The position numbers were made by a program, and so were the translations under genes. Below the pieces are notes generated by a model that was not told the DNA's origin, made no database searches, and worked only from the letters and a program-made list of their open reading frames with translations. Source: Candidatus Babeliales bacterium (lineage in GTDB: Bacteria > Babelota > Babeliae > Babelales > JANWKD01). From it: a DNA stretch of 64,000 bases. Shown piece by piece: positions 49,750 through 58,382 of this stretch (within the stretch, counting starts at the first letter, position 1; every line of letters starts with the position of its first letter). The stretch lies in the NCBI GenBank assembly GCA_963701665.1, contig OY969622.1, positions 800,001 through 864,000 of the forward strand, written 5' to 3'.

Positions 49750-50085
49750 TTACTCTCTCTTTTTTATTCCTATCTTTTGCTCATCAACGCGGCGTTGTTT
49801 TTCTTTATGCAAGCTCTCATACATAACATCAGCAACTTCATTGACAAGCTTATACATATCTGGACCCTCTTTATGAACATGAATATCATAACGAGGTGAT
49901 TTTAAATTAAATTCGATTTTATGATGATGATGCGTTGTTTCTGCATCAAATGACATACGCATATAGATCGGATCACGTTCTTGCTCTTCTTGCAAGAAAA
50001 TTTCAATTTTTTTTATGTGTTCACGTGCATAGGTTTCAAGTGCGTTTGAATGCTCCATACCTTTGAAAGTAAATTGTTTGTTCAT
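49750..50085 (-). CDS. hpf: Ribosome hibernation promoting factor HPF/RaiA (short form)
   Basis: FTFKGMEHSNALETY...DMYKLVNEVAD; HPF-like pattern and size. Confidence 0.82.
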   Translation of the reverse strand: MNKQFTFKGMEHSNALETYAREHIKKIEIFLQEEQERDPIYMRMSFDAETTHHHHKIEFNLKSPRYDIHVHKEGPDMYKLVNEVADVMYESLHKEKQRRVDEQKIGIKKRE

Positions 50086-50107
50086 TGCTTAGCTCCTCAC
50101 CGAAGGG

Positions 50108-50316
50108 TGTCATCCCGACCCTACTTCGCTCTGCGAGCTCCGAAGGGGTTGTGGCGAACCTATCCTCCGAAGTCTTGATGCGGGAGGATCCAGAACTTTA
50201 ATACATTCCCTATTTTTAGGAACTAATTTTATTATCTGGCTTCTACTTCGTTAAAACTTCGTAGAACAAGTTGCTTACCCCTTCGAAGCTCTTAGCGAAG
50301 TAGGGTCACAATGACA
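50108..50316. repeat. Inverted copy of the TGTCAT...ATGACA element with nested palindromes
   Basis: TGTCATCCCG...GGATCCAGAACTTTAAT...TTATCTGG...CAATGACA; two CCCTACTTCGCT/CTTCGAAGCT inserts. Confidence 0.75.
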
Positions 50317-50419
50317 ACTGGTCTTTTATATTTATTTAGAAAAATATAATTCTCTTTTTTACATACTCACCTGGTAGCGTAGCATGCACGAGCAAAATTC
50401 TCTAGAGAAGAGGGTAACG

Positions 50420-51736
50420 TTAATCTGTTTTACGAGGGATAAAGGTCAATGGGACACCAACTAAATCATACTGTCCACGCATAACGTTCTCAAAGAATGC
50501 CAATTGGCTATCGCCAAACCATTTCGGTTCGTTCACTAATAATAAAAATGTCAGCGGCGCTTTTCTAATTTGTTTTACTTTGCGCACCAACAAACGATGT
50601 GAGCTTATATAAAGTGGGGTTTTCTCAAGAGCATTTTTAAATAATTCAGTCAGCTCTTGATTGGAAAATGATTGATTCGCGCGCTCCCATATTTTTTGAA
50701 CGAGTGGCAAAATCTTGCCACAATTTTTCTTCGTTTTGCAGGAAATAGTTAATACCGGAATCTTTTTTAAAAGATGTTTATATTTTTCACAATCGTAGGC
50801 AAAGTCGGCACGTTGCTGATCGGTAACTAGATCTTCTTTATTGACAAGCAATGCGAGTGATTTTTGATGCTCAAAAGCATAAAATGCTAATTTAAGTTCT
50901 TGATCGCTCAAATGCCCTTCAGTTCCCTCGATCATGAGTAAAATGATATCCGCATTATCGACCGCGCGAAAAGAAGATTTCACCATCAGTGTTTCAAGCA
51001 GTTCAGTAACCCCTCGTTTTCTGCGAATACCAGGCGTATCAGTTATTTGAATAGTCTCTTTATAAAAGCGTAAACGCTCGGAGATAGCTTCGCGCGTTGT
51101 TCCGGCGTGCGCATCAACAATCGAGCGTTCTTCTTCAAGAAGGAAATTCATGAGCGATGATTTGCCAACGTTCGGTTTGCCAATCAGTGCAATTGAAAAT
51201 GCGGGCGCTTCTTCCTCAAAATTCGATTCTTTTGTCGCAACTTTTTTTACAATTTCATCAAGAAGATCTCCTGACCCAGTACCATGCTGCGCAGAAAGTT
51301 CAACGGCGACATTATAGCCTAATTTTTCAAACTCGTAGCTTTTTTCCTGTGCTTCATGTGAATCAATTTTATTAATGGCAAGAATCACATCTTTATCATG
51401 TTTGCGCAGAAAATTATTAATGTCCCTATCTTCAGGTAGCAGCCCAACTTTTCCATCGCACACAAACACAATAAGGTCAGCCTTTTCTACAAGAGAAAGG
51501 GCAACCATCCTGACTTTTTCTGTTAACGAATCTTGTGATTTTTTAAAACTAATACCACCCGAATCGACCAGTTCAAATGCAATTCCTTTCCATGTTATGA
51601 CATCAGAAAGAAAATCGCGGGTGACACCGGCAAAATCCAAAGTAAGGCTTTTTACGTTGACTGATAAACGATTGAATAAGGTAGATTTCCCAACATTGGC
51701 TCTACCAACGATAACAACTTTTGGCAATTTACTCAT
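50420..51736 (-). CDS. der: Ribosome biogenesis GTPase Der (EngA)
   Basis: Two GTPase domains: GRANVGKS/GVTRD/DSGG/NKID and GKPNVGKS/GTTRE/DTPG/NKED. Confidence 0.95.
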   Translation of the reverse strand: MSKLPKVVIVGRANVGKSTLFNRLSVNVKSLTLDFAGVTRDFLSDVITWKGIAFELVDSGGISFKKSQDSLTEKVRMVALSLVEKADLIVFVCDGKVGLLPEDRDINNFLRKHDKDVILAINKIDSHEAQEKSYEFEKLGYNVAVELSAQHGTGSGDLLDEIVKKVATKESNFEEEAPAFSIALIGKPNVGKSSLMNFLLEEERSIVDAHAGTTREAISERLRFYKETIQITDTPGIRRKRGVTELLETLMVKSSFRAVDNADIILLMIEGTEGHLSDQELKLAFYAFEHQKSLALLVNKEDLVTDQQRADFAYDCEKYKHLLKKIPVLTISCKTKKNCGKILPLVQKIWERANQSFSNQELTELFKNALEKTPLYISSHRLLVRKVKQIRKAPLTFLLLVNEPKWFGDSQLAFFENVMRGQYDLVGVPLTFIPRKTD

Positions 51737-53432
51737 GAGAACTTTCTTTTACTTCGTGAACAGTACCCGGAAAATGCTGCAAAATAAGCGTTGCATTTTT
51801 CCATACTGATGCATCTGAAACATCAAATGATGATGTTTGTCTTGGCGCTATCTTGCGCGCACTAGAAGGATACACAGGTGTTGGTGTAGTTCGCGGTTGC
51901 GGTATTTGTTTAATAATTTTCTGTTCAGGTTGAGGACTCGGCGCTGCACTTTTTTGTTCAGATTGCATTGCTATAAAAACTGGTTTGCAGGTGACCTGAT
52001 TGCCAAATATTTTTTTGAGCAATGGCTGCCACGAAGCGTGCGTATTTTCTAACCACTCATTAAAAAAAATAAAATCTTTTGAAAAAGTTAAGGTAAGAAC
52101 GTGCGTAGTTTCATCTAATGCGAGTGTCTGCATCTGTGTAAATACTGAACTTAATAAAGGATCATTCAATTGCGCTATAGCATCTAAAAACTTTTGCCAA
52201 CGCTCGTTTGCAGCAACTGGCGCACGCGCTTCCTCATCCTCCTTAAGCATTACAGATTCTGGAACACTCGTTACGGAAGCTGTTTGTCGCGCAGGAGGTT
52301 CAGATTGCGGCTCACTTGGCGATATTGCCACACTTTTTCGATCTTGAAAACGAAGTAGCATAAGTTCTAGAAAAATATATTGATTGCGCACTTTTGAAAA
52401 GAGCAGTTCATTTTCATAGAGCATGGTTAACAACTGATGTATTTTTTCACGTGAATGCTGTTCAAAGATCTTTTTTAGTGATTCTTTGTAATCATTAAAA
52501 AAGGGCAATGCAAGTTCATAATGCGCTAATACTGTTGCGTGAGCAATCATGCACAGTGCTTGCCAAACTACATCAGCGGTAATGTTTTTTGCGGCAACAT
52601 CTTTCAACAGTCTCAACATAGTTTTTATAGATCCAGTCAAAACCGCTTCAAAAAGTGCAAAAACGAGTGCATCTTCTAAATGCCCGACAACCGTGCTCAC
52701 ACTTGAACGCGTGACAACAGGGACTGCAAACCTCGCTTGCTCTAAAAGATTTAATGCATCGCGCACGGATCCTTGTGATTCTTGCGCAATAAGCAGTAAT
52801 CCATCTTTTTCATACGCAATATGTTCCGTTTTACAAATATGTTCAAGATAATCTGCAAGCACTGCCGTAGGAACTGCTTTGAAAAATAATTGGAAACTGC
52901 GTGATTTCACGGTCTCAATAATTTTTTGAATTTCTGTCGTTGCTAAAATAAAAAGGACTGAAGCAGGCGGATCTTCCAAGACTTTTAAAAAAGCATTGAA
53001 CGCCGCTTTACTCAACATATGTGCTTCATCGATTAAATATATTTTTTTTCTACCCGTCAGCGGCATTAATGCAGCAGTATCGATAATATGTCTAACATTA
53101 TCCACGCCTGTATAGGAGGCACCATCAATCTCGATAAAATCAGGATGTTTACCCTCGCTCATGGAAACACATGAAGCGCACGTCAAACATGGCACTGAAA
53201 AATTTTTAGGATCTTTTTGAAACTGCGGCAAATTATGACAATTGAGCGCCGTTGCAAAAACGCGCGCCATGGTTGTCTTACCACACCCTCGTTGGCCGGA
53301 AAATAAATATAAAGGAAAACAGTGATTCACATAGAGACTATTCTTCAAAATGCGAACAGAAATATCTTGTCCAACAAGTTGATCGAATGTCTGTGAACGC
53401 CATTTTCTGGCAAAATTAAGTGGTGCATTCAT
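51729..53432 (-). CDS. dnaX: DNA polymerase III subunit gamma/tau
   Basis: ARKWRSQTF, GQRGCGKTT, EIDGAS, IDEAHML, FNAFLKVLEDPP. Confidence 0.95.
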   Translation of the reverse strand: MNAPLNFARKWRSQTFDQLVGQDISVRILKNSLYVNHCFPLYLFSGQRGCGKTTMARVFATALNCHNLPQFQKDPKNFSVPCLTCASCVSMSEGKHPDFIEIDGASYTGVDNVRHIIDTAALMPLTGRKKIYLIDEAHMLSKAAFNAFLKVLEDPPASVLFILATTEIQKIIETVKSRSFQLFFKAVPTAVLADYLEHICKTEHIAYEKDGLLLIAQESQGSVRDALNLLEQARFAVPVVTRSSVSTVVGHLEDALVFALFEAVLTGSIKTMLRLLKDVAAKNITADVVWQALCMIAHATVLAHYELALPFFNDYKESLKKIFEQHSREKIHQLLTMLYENELLFSKVRNQYIFLELMLLRFQDRKSVAISPSEPQSEPPARQTASVTSVPESVMLKEDEEARAPVAANERWQKFLDAIAQLNDPLLSSVFTQMQTLALDETTHVLTLTFSKDFIFFNEWLENTHASWQPLLKKIFGNQVTCKPVFIAMQSEQKSAAPSPQPEQKIIKQIPQPRTTPTPVYPSSARKIAPRQTSSFDVSDASVWKNATLILQHFPGTVHEVKESSHE

Positions 53433-53504
53433 GGTTACCCTAAATGGCCATCAACGGTATGGATTATTGCAATGAAAAGATAGTTGCTTTCCAACTATGA
53501 CCAG

Positions 53505-53842
53505 TCTTCGTTTATCCGGGGCCTTCAGGCTCGGCAAACTACGCCTGGCTTCGAAGTATTTAAGAAAAAGTATAGCAGAATTGCACAAAAGAAGAAGGGG
53601 AAGCGCATACAAAAACTGAGGTACCCGTGCTGCTTCTTTTCAGACCTGACACGTTAGATACAAGTTTTTTATACACTTCCCCAAAGTTATTAACATTGGC
53701 CTGTCAGTCCAGGCTACGCTTATCCACGCTTTCCAGCTTGGCAAGCTTCGCCGGACAGTCTTCGTTTTATTCTTATTACAATCTACCTACATGGCGAAGC
53801 CAGGCGTAGTTTGCCGAGCCTGAAGGCCCGGATAAACGAAGA
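53505..53842. repeat. 48/49-bp inverted repeat pair flanking the SRP RNA gene
   Basis: 53505-53553 and 53795-53842 are reverse complements except for one extra G. Confidence 0.85.
53597..53682 (-). ncRNA. ffs: Signal recognition particle 4.5S RNA
   Basis: Minus strand GGGGAAG...TGTCAGGTCTGAAAAGAAGCAGCA...CTTCCCC (domain IV motif, long hairpin); upstream of dnaX. Confidence 0.88.
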
Positions 53843-53992
53843 TAAGCCCGTCGTCGCTTTTTCTTTGATAAAGTCAATTGCTACGTTGGTTCATGCTATG
53901 CCGGGCAGTCTTCGCATCTGCCAATATTATTTTTTTAATTATAATACATTTAGTACTGGCCGCGCCAGGCGTAGCTCCAAAGGAGCGAAGAC

Positions 53993-54084
53993 TGGTGGAG
54001 AGAGAGGGATTCGAACCCTCGATGCCCCTTTCGGAACATACACGATTTCCAATCGTGCTCCTTCAACCACTCAGACACCTCTCC
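53993..54084 (-). tRNA. tRNA-Ser(GGA)
   Basis: GGAGAGG acceptor stem, CACGA-TTGGAAA-TCGTG anticodon arm, long variable arm, GGTTCGAATCC, encoded CCA. Confidence 0.95.
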
Positions 54085-54132
54085 GCTGAAATCACAACCC
54101 TTAATCTGGGTAAAGCGCAAGAGAGATTTGTC

Positions 54133-54999
54133 TTAACTCTTTTTGCCTGGCCCTTCAGATTTTTGTTTTACCGGCTCTTTAAATTTCTTAACTTTTGCCA
54201 TTTTCAGCGTATCAACAGATTGATCATCTTCTACAGATTCAAGAAGCACTGCAACATCATCTGTTTTTTCAGGAGCTTCAACAGCCACTTCTTGTGCTGC
54301 TTTCTTACCTTGTGTAGCAGCTTGTTGTTGTGCTTCCTTAACGGAATCTGCCAAATAATCAACAATAATTTTAATCGATTTTGGCGCATCATCGTTAGCA
54401 GGAATAACATATTGTACAAGCGAAGGATCACTGTTGGTATCAACTAATGCAACAACTGGAATACCAAGCCCTGCTGCTTCTTTAAGAGCCGCTTGTTCTT
54501 TTTTTACATCAACAATAACGAGCGCGCCTAATGGCCAGCGCAAATTGAGAATACCGCCAATATTTGCTTTAAGACGTAATTGCTTTTTTTGTAAGGTACT
54601 AATTTCTTTTTTGGTGTAATGCTCATGATCAGTTTTTGATAAGATATCATCATAATGAAGTAACTTGGTAACTGATTTTTTCACTTGAATAAAATTTGAT
54701 AGCGTACCACCAATCCAACGGTGAGCAACATAAGGACAGTTTAATGCTGATGCCGTTGCTTGAATAATATCACGAGCAGGCTTTTTAGTCCCAACCCACA
54801 AAATTGATTTTCCATCCATAATGATAGATTTCAAGAAATCAGCTGATTTCTGCATCTGATGTGCTGTTTTTGAAACATCAATCAAATACACCTTGTTTTT
54901 ATGACCCCAAATATAAGGAGCCATTTTTGGTGACCAGCTTGATGTTGGATGACCAAACGGGACACCCGCTTGAATCAATTTTCTTAAGTCGATTGACAT
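54133..54999 (-). CDS. rpsB: 30S ribosomal protein S2
   Basis: LIQAGVPFGH..WSPKM, LWVGTKK, RWIGGTLSN, VDTNSDP, IPANDD. Confidence 0.96.
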   Translation of the reverse strand: MSIDLRKLIQAGVPFGHPTSSWSPKMAPYIWGHKNKVYLIDVSKTAHQMQKSADFLKSIIMDGKSILWVGTKKPARDIIQATASALNCPYVAHRWIGGTLSNFIQVKKSVTKLLHYDDILSKTDHEHYTKKEISTLQKKQLRLKANIGGILNLRWPLGALVIVDVKKEQAALKEAAGLGIPVVALVDTNSDPSLVQYVIPANDDAPKSIKIIVDYLADSVKEAQQQAATQGKKAAQEVAVEAPEKTDDVAVLLESVEDDQSVDTLKMAKVKKFKEPVKQKSEGPGKKS

Positions 55000-55133
55000 G
55001 TATAAGACCTTTCTGGGTTTTCACCGTACTTTTTGGCATGCTCTTTAAGCATTTGCCACCCATAATAAAAAGTAAGGATTTTAGTATAAAATAACTTTAA
55101 ATAATGTAACAAAAATCACAAAAAATGCAATTC

Positions 55134-56537
55134 CTATGCTGAAACTGGCTCTAAACCAATGACCTCATTTTTAGCTATCGCTCTGTTATAACGATTACCA
55201 AGCAATAGTGCCGTCAATAACCAGCATCCAAAAATGAGAGCAAAGAAGACCGAATGCAGCGGTAAAAAGAGCGCCGGTCCAGCAGCTTCGGCAAAAACGA
55301 CAAATGTGGATCCTACACCCTTACCAAACCGTGAACCAAATGAATCGATCCATGACTTAGATTTAAATTTAATGTCTTTAACTGTTGGGATGTATAAGCT
55401 TTCTCGTACTGGCTGCGCAAACGCATAATTAATTGCCTGCAATAAAATAATGCTCACAATCACGGCAAATGGGGTATAGCTGAAAATAAAATAGGCAAGT
55501 ACACACCCCGTAATAATAGGGATTAGCATCAGACAAACTTTTTCGCCAAATAAATTTAATAAGGTGCGAGTGCCTAAAAATGAAATCAAAATACCAAAAA
55601 AGTGTTGTATGAATGCAACTTTAAAGAGAAACGCACTCACGCCAGAAATATCAGCAGAGTTTTCTTGAGCAACGCCCAAACGCTGATAGCTTAAAACGGT
55701 ACTTAAAATTTCGTAAAAAAAGAGCATCCCAAATATCCCTAAAATATACGGGTACCTCATAAGTAGGGTAAGGCCAGAGAATAAACTAATTTTTTCCTCA
55801 CCAGTTTTTTCTTTTGCTTTTTCAATTTTGTACACAGCTTCATAACCATGCAAGTTTTTTCGAGGAACCTTTGTCATCAAAAGGTACACTAAAAACGGAA
55901 CAAAAAGGCTTAAAAGTGAGAAAAGCCCTAACATGAATTGATGACTCTGAACATCATTGAGGCAATAAGTACCAAACGTACCGTGACAGGTAAAAAGTGC
56001 CCACGCTATCCCTGCCGTAAACATACCGCCAAACTTGGAACCAGACACCAGCAAAGCATAATTATGTTTTGCCGCTTCGGGGCTATAGACTGAATTTGCA
56101 AATGCCCAAAAGACACTAATAACAAAGGGAGAAAAGACTTCAATAAAAAAGTAAAATAACCAACCAAAAATTCTAAAAGGACTTGTCTCAGTATTTGCAA
56201 GACCAATCGTTGGATGACCTACTAAATACATACTGAGAAGTCCCATCAAGCCGTACGCTATGCTATAAATATATAAGAGCTGATGGCGACGCACCTTATC
56301 AACTAAAAATGAGTAAAACAAAACGCCAGGCACTAAAATTAACATAGCCGTCATTCTTGCCCACGGAATATATTCTTTTCCCACAGTGCTCATAAAAATA
56401 GAACTTTTAAGTTCACGCACTAACGTGTATGAGCCAATTACAAGAAAAAAAGACATTCCCAATAACAAAAGCTTTAATCGTTCTTCTCGCTCTATAGTAA
56501 AGAAAGATTTAAAAAATAATGTGAGCTTCGAACTCAT
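55134..56537 (-). CDS. NTT/TLC family nucleotide (ATP/ADP) translocase
   Basis: Multi-TM; LVRELKSS, FWAFAN, RESLYIPT..DIKFKSKSWID..GSRFGK. Confidence 0.88.
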   Translation of the reverse strand: MSSKLTLFFKSFFTIEREERLKLLLLGMSFFLVIGSYTLVRELKSSIFMSTVGKEYIPWARMTAMLILVPGVLFYSFLVDKVRRHQLLYIYSIAYGLMGLLSMYLVGHPTIGLANTETSPFRIFGWLFYFFIEVFSPFVISVFWAFANSVYSPEAAKHNYALLVSGSKFGGMFTAGIAWALFTCHGTFGTYCLNDVQSHQFMLGLFSLLSLFVPFLVYLLMTKVPRKNLHGYEAVYKIEKAKEKTGEEKISLFSGLTLLMRYPYILGIFGMLFFYEILSTVLSYQRLGVAQENSADISGVSAFLFKVAFIQHFFGILISFLGTRTLLNLFGEKVCLMLIPIITGCVLAYFIFSYTPFAVIVSIILLQAINYAFAQPVRESLYIPTVKDIKFKSKSWIDSFGSRFGKGVGSTFVVFAEAAGPALFLPLHSVFFALIFGCWLLTALLLGNRYNRAIAKNEVIGLEPVSA

Positions 56538-56589
56538 TGAGTCCCCCAGTATGTTATGATGAAATACGTGCCACGTTCTGACTTTTTAC

Positions 56590-56632
56590 TTAAAAAGCCT
56601 TCTTAACGATAGTTCATTAAGAAGGCTTTTTA
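56590..56632. terminator. Rho-independent terminator between the two NTT genes
   Basis: TAAAAAGCCTTCTTAA...TTAAGAAGGCTTTTTA hairpin. Confidence 0.75.
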
Positions 56633-56657
56633 ATTTCATATACTCACAATCATCTGA

Positions 56658-58004
56658 TTAACAAACAACTTGTTTAGCAGTAACTGCTTTCTTGTGTGTG
56701 CGTGCTAAATAGATAGCAGCATATAACCAAACACCAACCATGCCGAGTGAAGCTATGGTTGAGAATAAAATAAATGATTCTACTGCCATGAAACTCTTAA
56801 GCGCATTGATGCCTGAGCCCAACGCTTTTGAACCGCGTGAACCAAACATTTCCATGAAAGCTTTAACTTTATATTTTGTTTCAGGGGTTGTAGGAATGTA
56901 AAGCTGCTCTTTTGAAGGTTGGTTAAGAGCGTAGTTAAGACCTTTACAGAACACCATAATCCAGAATGCCGTAGTAAGCGTCGCAGCTGAAGCCAACACT
57001 AATGATGCAATTGCAATAACAATAGGCATAATAACGAGTGCAACGGTAAGACCTAATTTACGTCCAATGTTGTTAACGCCAACCGCAACACAGATCCACG
57101 CTACAATATTAGTATAGACACCAAACACACCCATATAGGCGGTATAGGCATTAGCACCAGTAATTTCAAGCGATGCATAATATTTTAGATAGAAATCAAA
57201 AATGGTCACAATAACTTCAAACAATGAAATTACGGCAAAAATACCAAGAAGATATGGTTGAGAAAGGAATAATTTCATATCACTAAAGAAACTTGTTTTT
57301 TCTTTAGGTTTTGAATGTGCACCAGCTGCTTGATAGCCAGCCAATTCTTCTTTTGGCGTTACACGCACAAAGTACCATACCAATACTGCGATACAAAGCA
57401 TTGCGATACTTGCAGAAATTAATAAGGTAGGAATCCCCAACCTATCAGCTTGGGTAGCAACAACAAGGGGCCCAAGAACACCGCCGGTTTGTGCACCAAA
57501 GGCAATAACTGCATAGCCCTTTTTTGCTGATTCTGGTGTTGTGGTATCTGCCGCAAATGCCCAGAAGAGCGCGACCATGATAGAACCAAAGCTTTCAACA
57601 AACACATAAGAAGTCCAGCCAATTAATCGGCCTAAAAAATGAGGATGGCCAAGTTTTGGTAACGCTTGATAAATGCCAAGTTCTGGATGTAACATGCAAA
57701 GAGCAAGGCCTAGTGAAATTAGGGCATAAATGACACTGAGCGCATAGAAAACACGCTGACGTGGAAATGCATCAACTAATTTGGAATAGATGACAATTAA
57801 GGGAATAACAACAGCCAGAGATACCCATTTTGCAAAGGGTATAAACTCTGCACCAACGTACGCATTAAAAACACCGTCCTTGATTGGTCTCAAGAGCCAA
57901 TAAACACCTATGGTAAAGCAAAATATTCCAGCTAGCAAAGAAAATTTCTTAAGCTCTTCCTTGGTGAATTCTCCCCACCAAGTTTTAATAGTCGCACCTT
58001 GCAT
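56658..58004 (-). CDS. NTT/TLC family nucleotide (ATP/ADP) translocase
   Basis: LLRPIKD, FWAFAAD, KGLNYALNQPSKEQLYIPT..KYKVKA. Confidence 0.9.
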   Translation of the reverse strand: MQGATIKTWWGEFTKEELKKFSLLAGIFCFTIGVYWLLRPIKDGVFNAYVGAEFIPFAKWVSLAVVIPLIVIYSKLVDAFPRQRVFYALSVIYALISLGLALCMLHPELGIYQALPKLGHPHFLGRLIGWTSYVFVESFGSIMVALFWAFAADTTTPESAKKGYAVIAFGAQTGGVLGPLVVATQADRLGIPTLLISASIAMLCIAVLVWYFVRVTPKEELAGYQAAGAHSKPKEKTSFFSDMKLFLSQPYLLGIFAVISLFEVIVTIFDFYLKYYASLEITGANAYTAYMGVFGVYTNIVAWICVAVGVNNIGRKLGLTVALVIMPIVIAIASLVLASAATLTTAFWIMVFCKGLNYALNQPSKEQLYIPTTPETKYKVKAFMEMFGSRGSKALGSGINALKSFMAVESFILFSTIASLGMVGVWLYAAIYLARTHKKAVTAKQVVC

Positions 58005-58382
58005 AATGCCCTCATAAAATTTGTTAAAATATGTATACTACCATCACACTTTAACAAAAGATTACTCATTTGTAAAAAAAAAGTACGGTTTTTTTCAGAA
58101 CATTAAAGATGCTATGTTACCCCTAGAAAATATACCCCCCCTCCCTTAGGAATACCGTCCTCCTTGGGGGGTCACCCCCCATATGTAGCCAACATTTACT
58201 AACTAATGACTCTTTGATAAACTAGCTATGAATAAAAAGGGCTAAAAAACCCTTTTAAATCTGGCACAAAAGCACTTTTTACTAATTTTTCTTGTATGGT
58301 GCGCTCACCATAACTAATGTGAATATTAATGCTTAAAAAGCAAAAAGCGTATTAAAAAAGTAACTGGAGGTAGGTTTACACT

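Noticed and set aside
53627..54447. Plus-strand ORFs 53627-53809, 53811-54089 and 53878-54447
   Set aside because: They overlap ffs, repeats, tRNA-Ser and rpsB on the opposite strand; spurious
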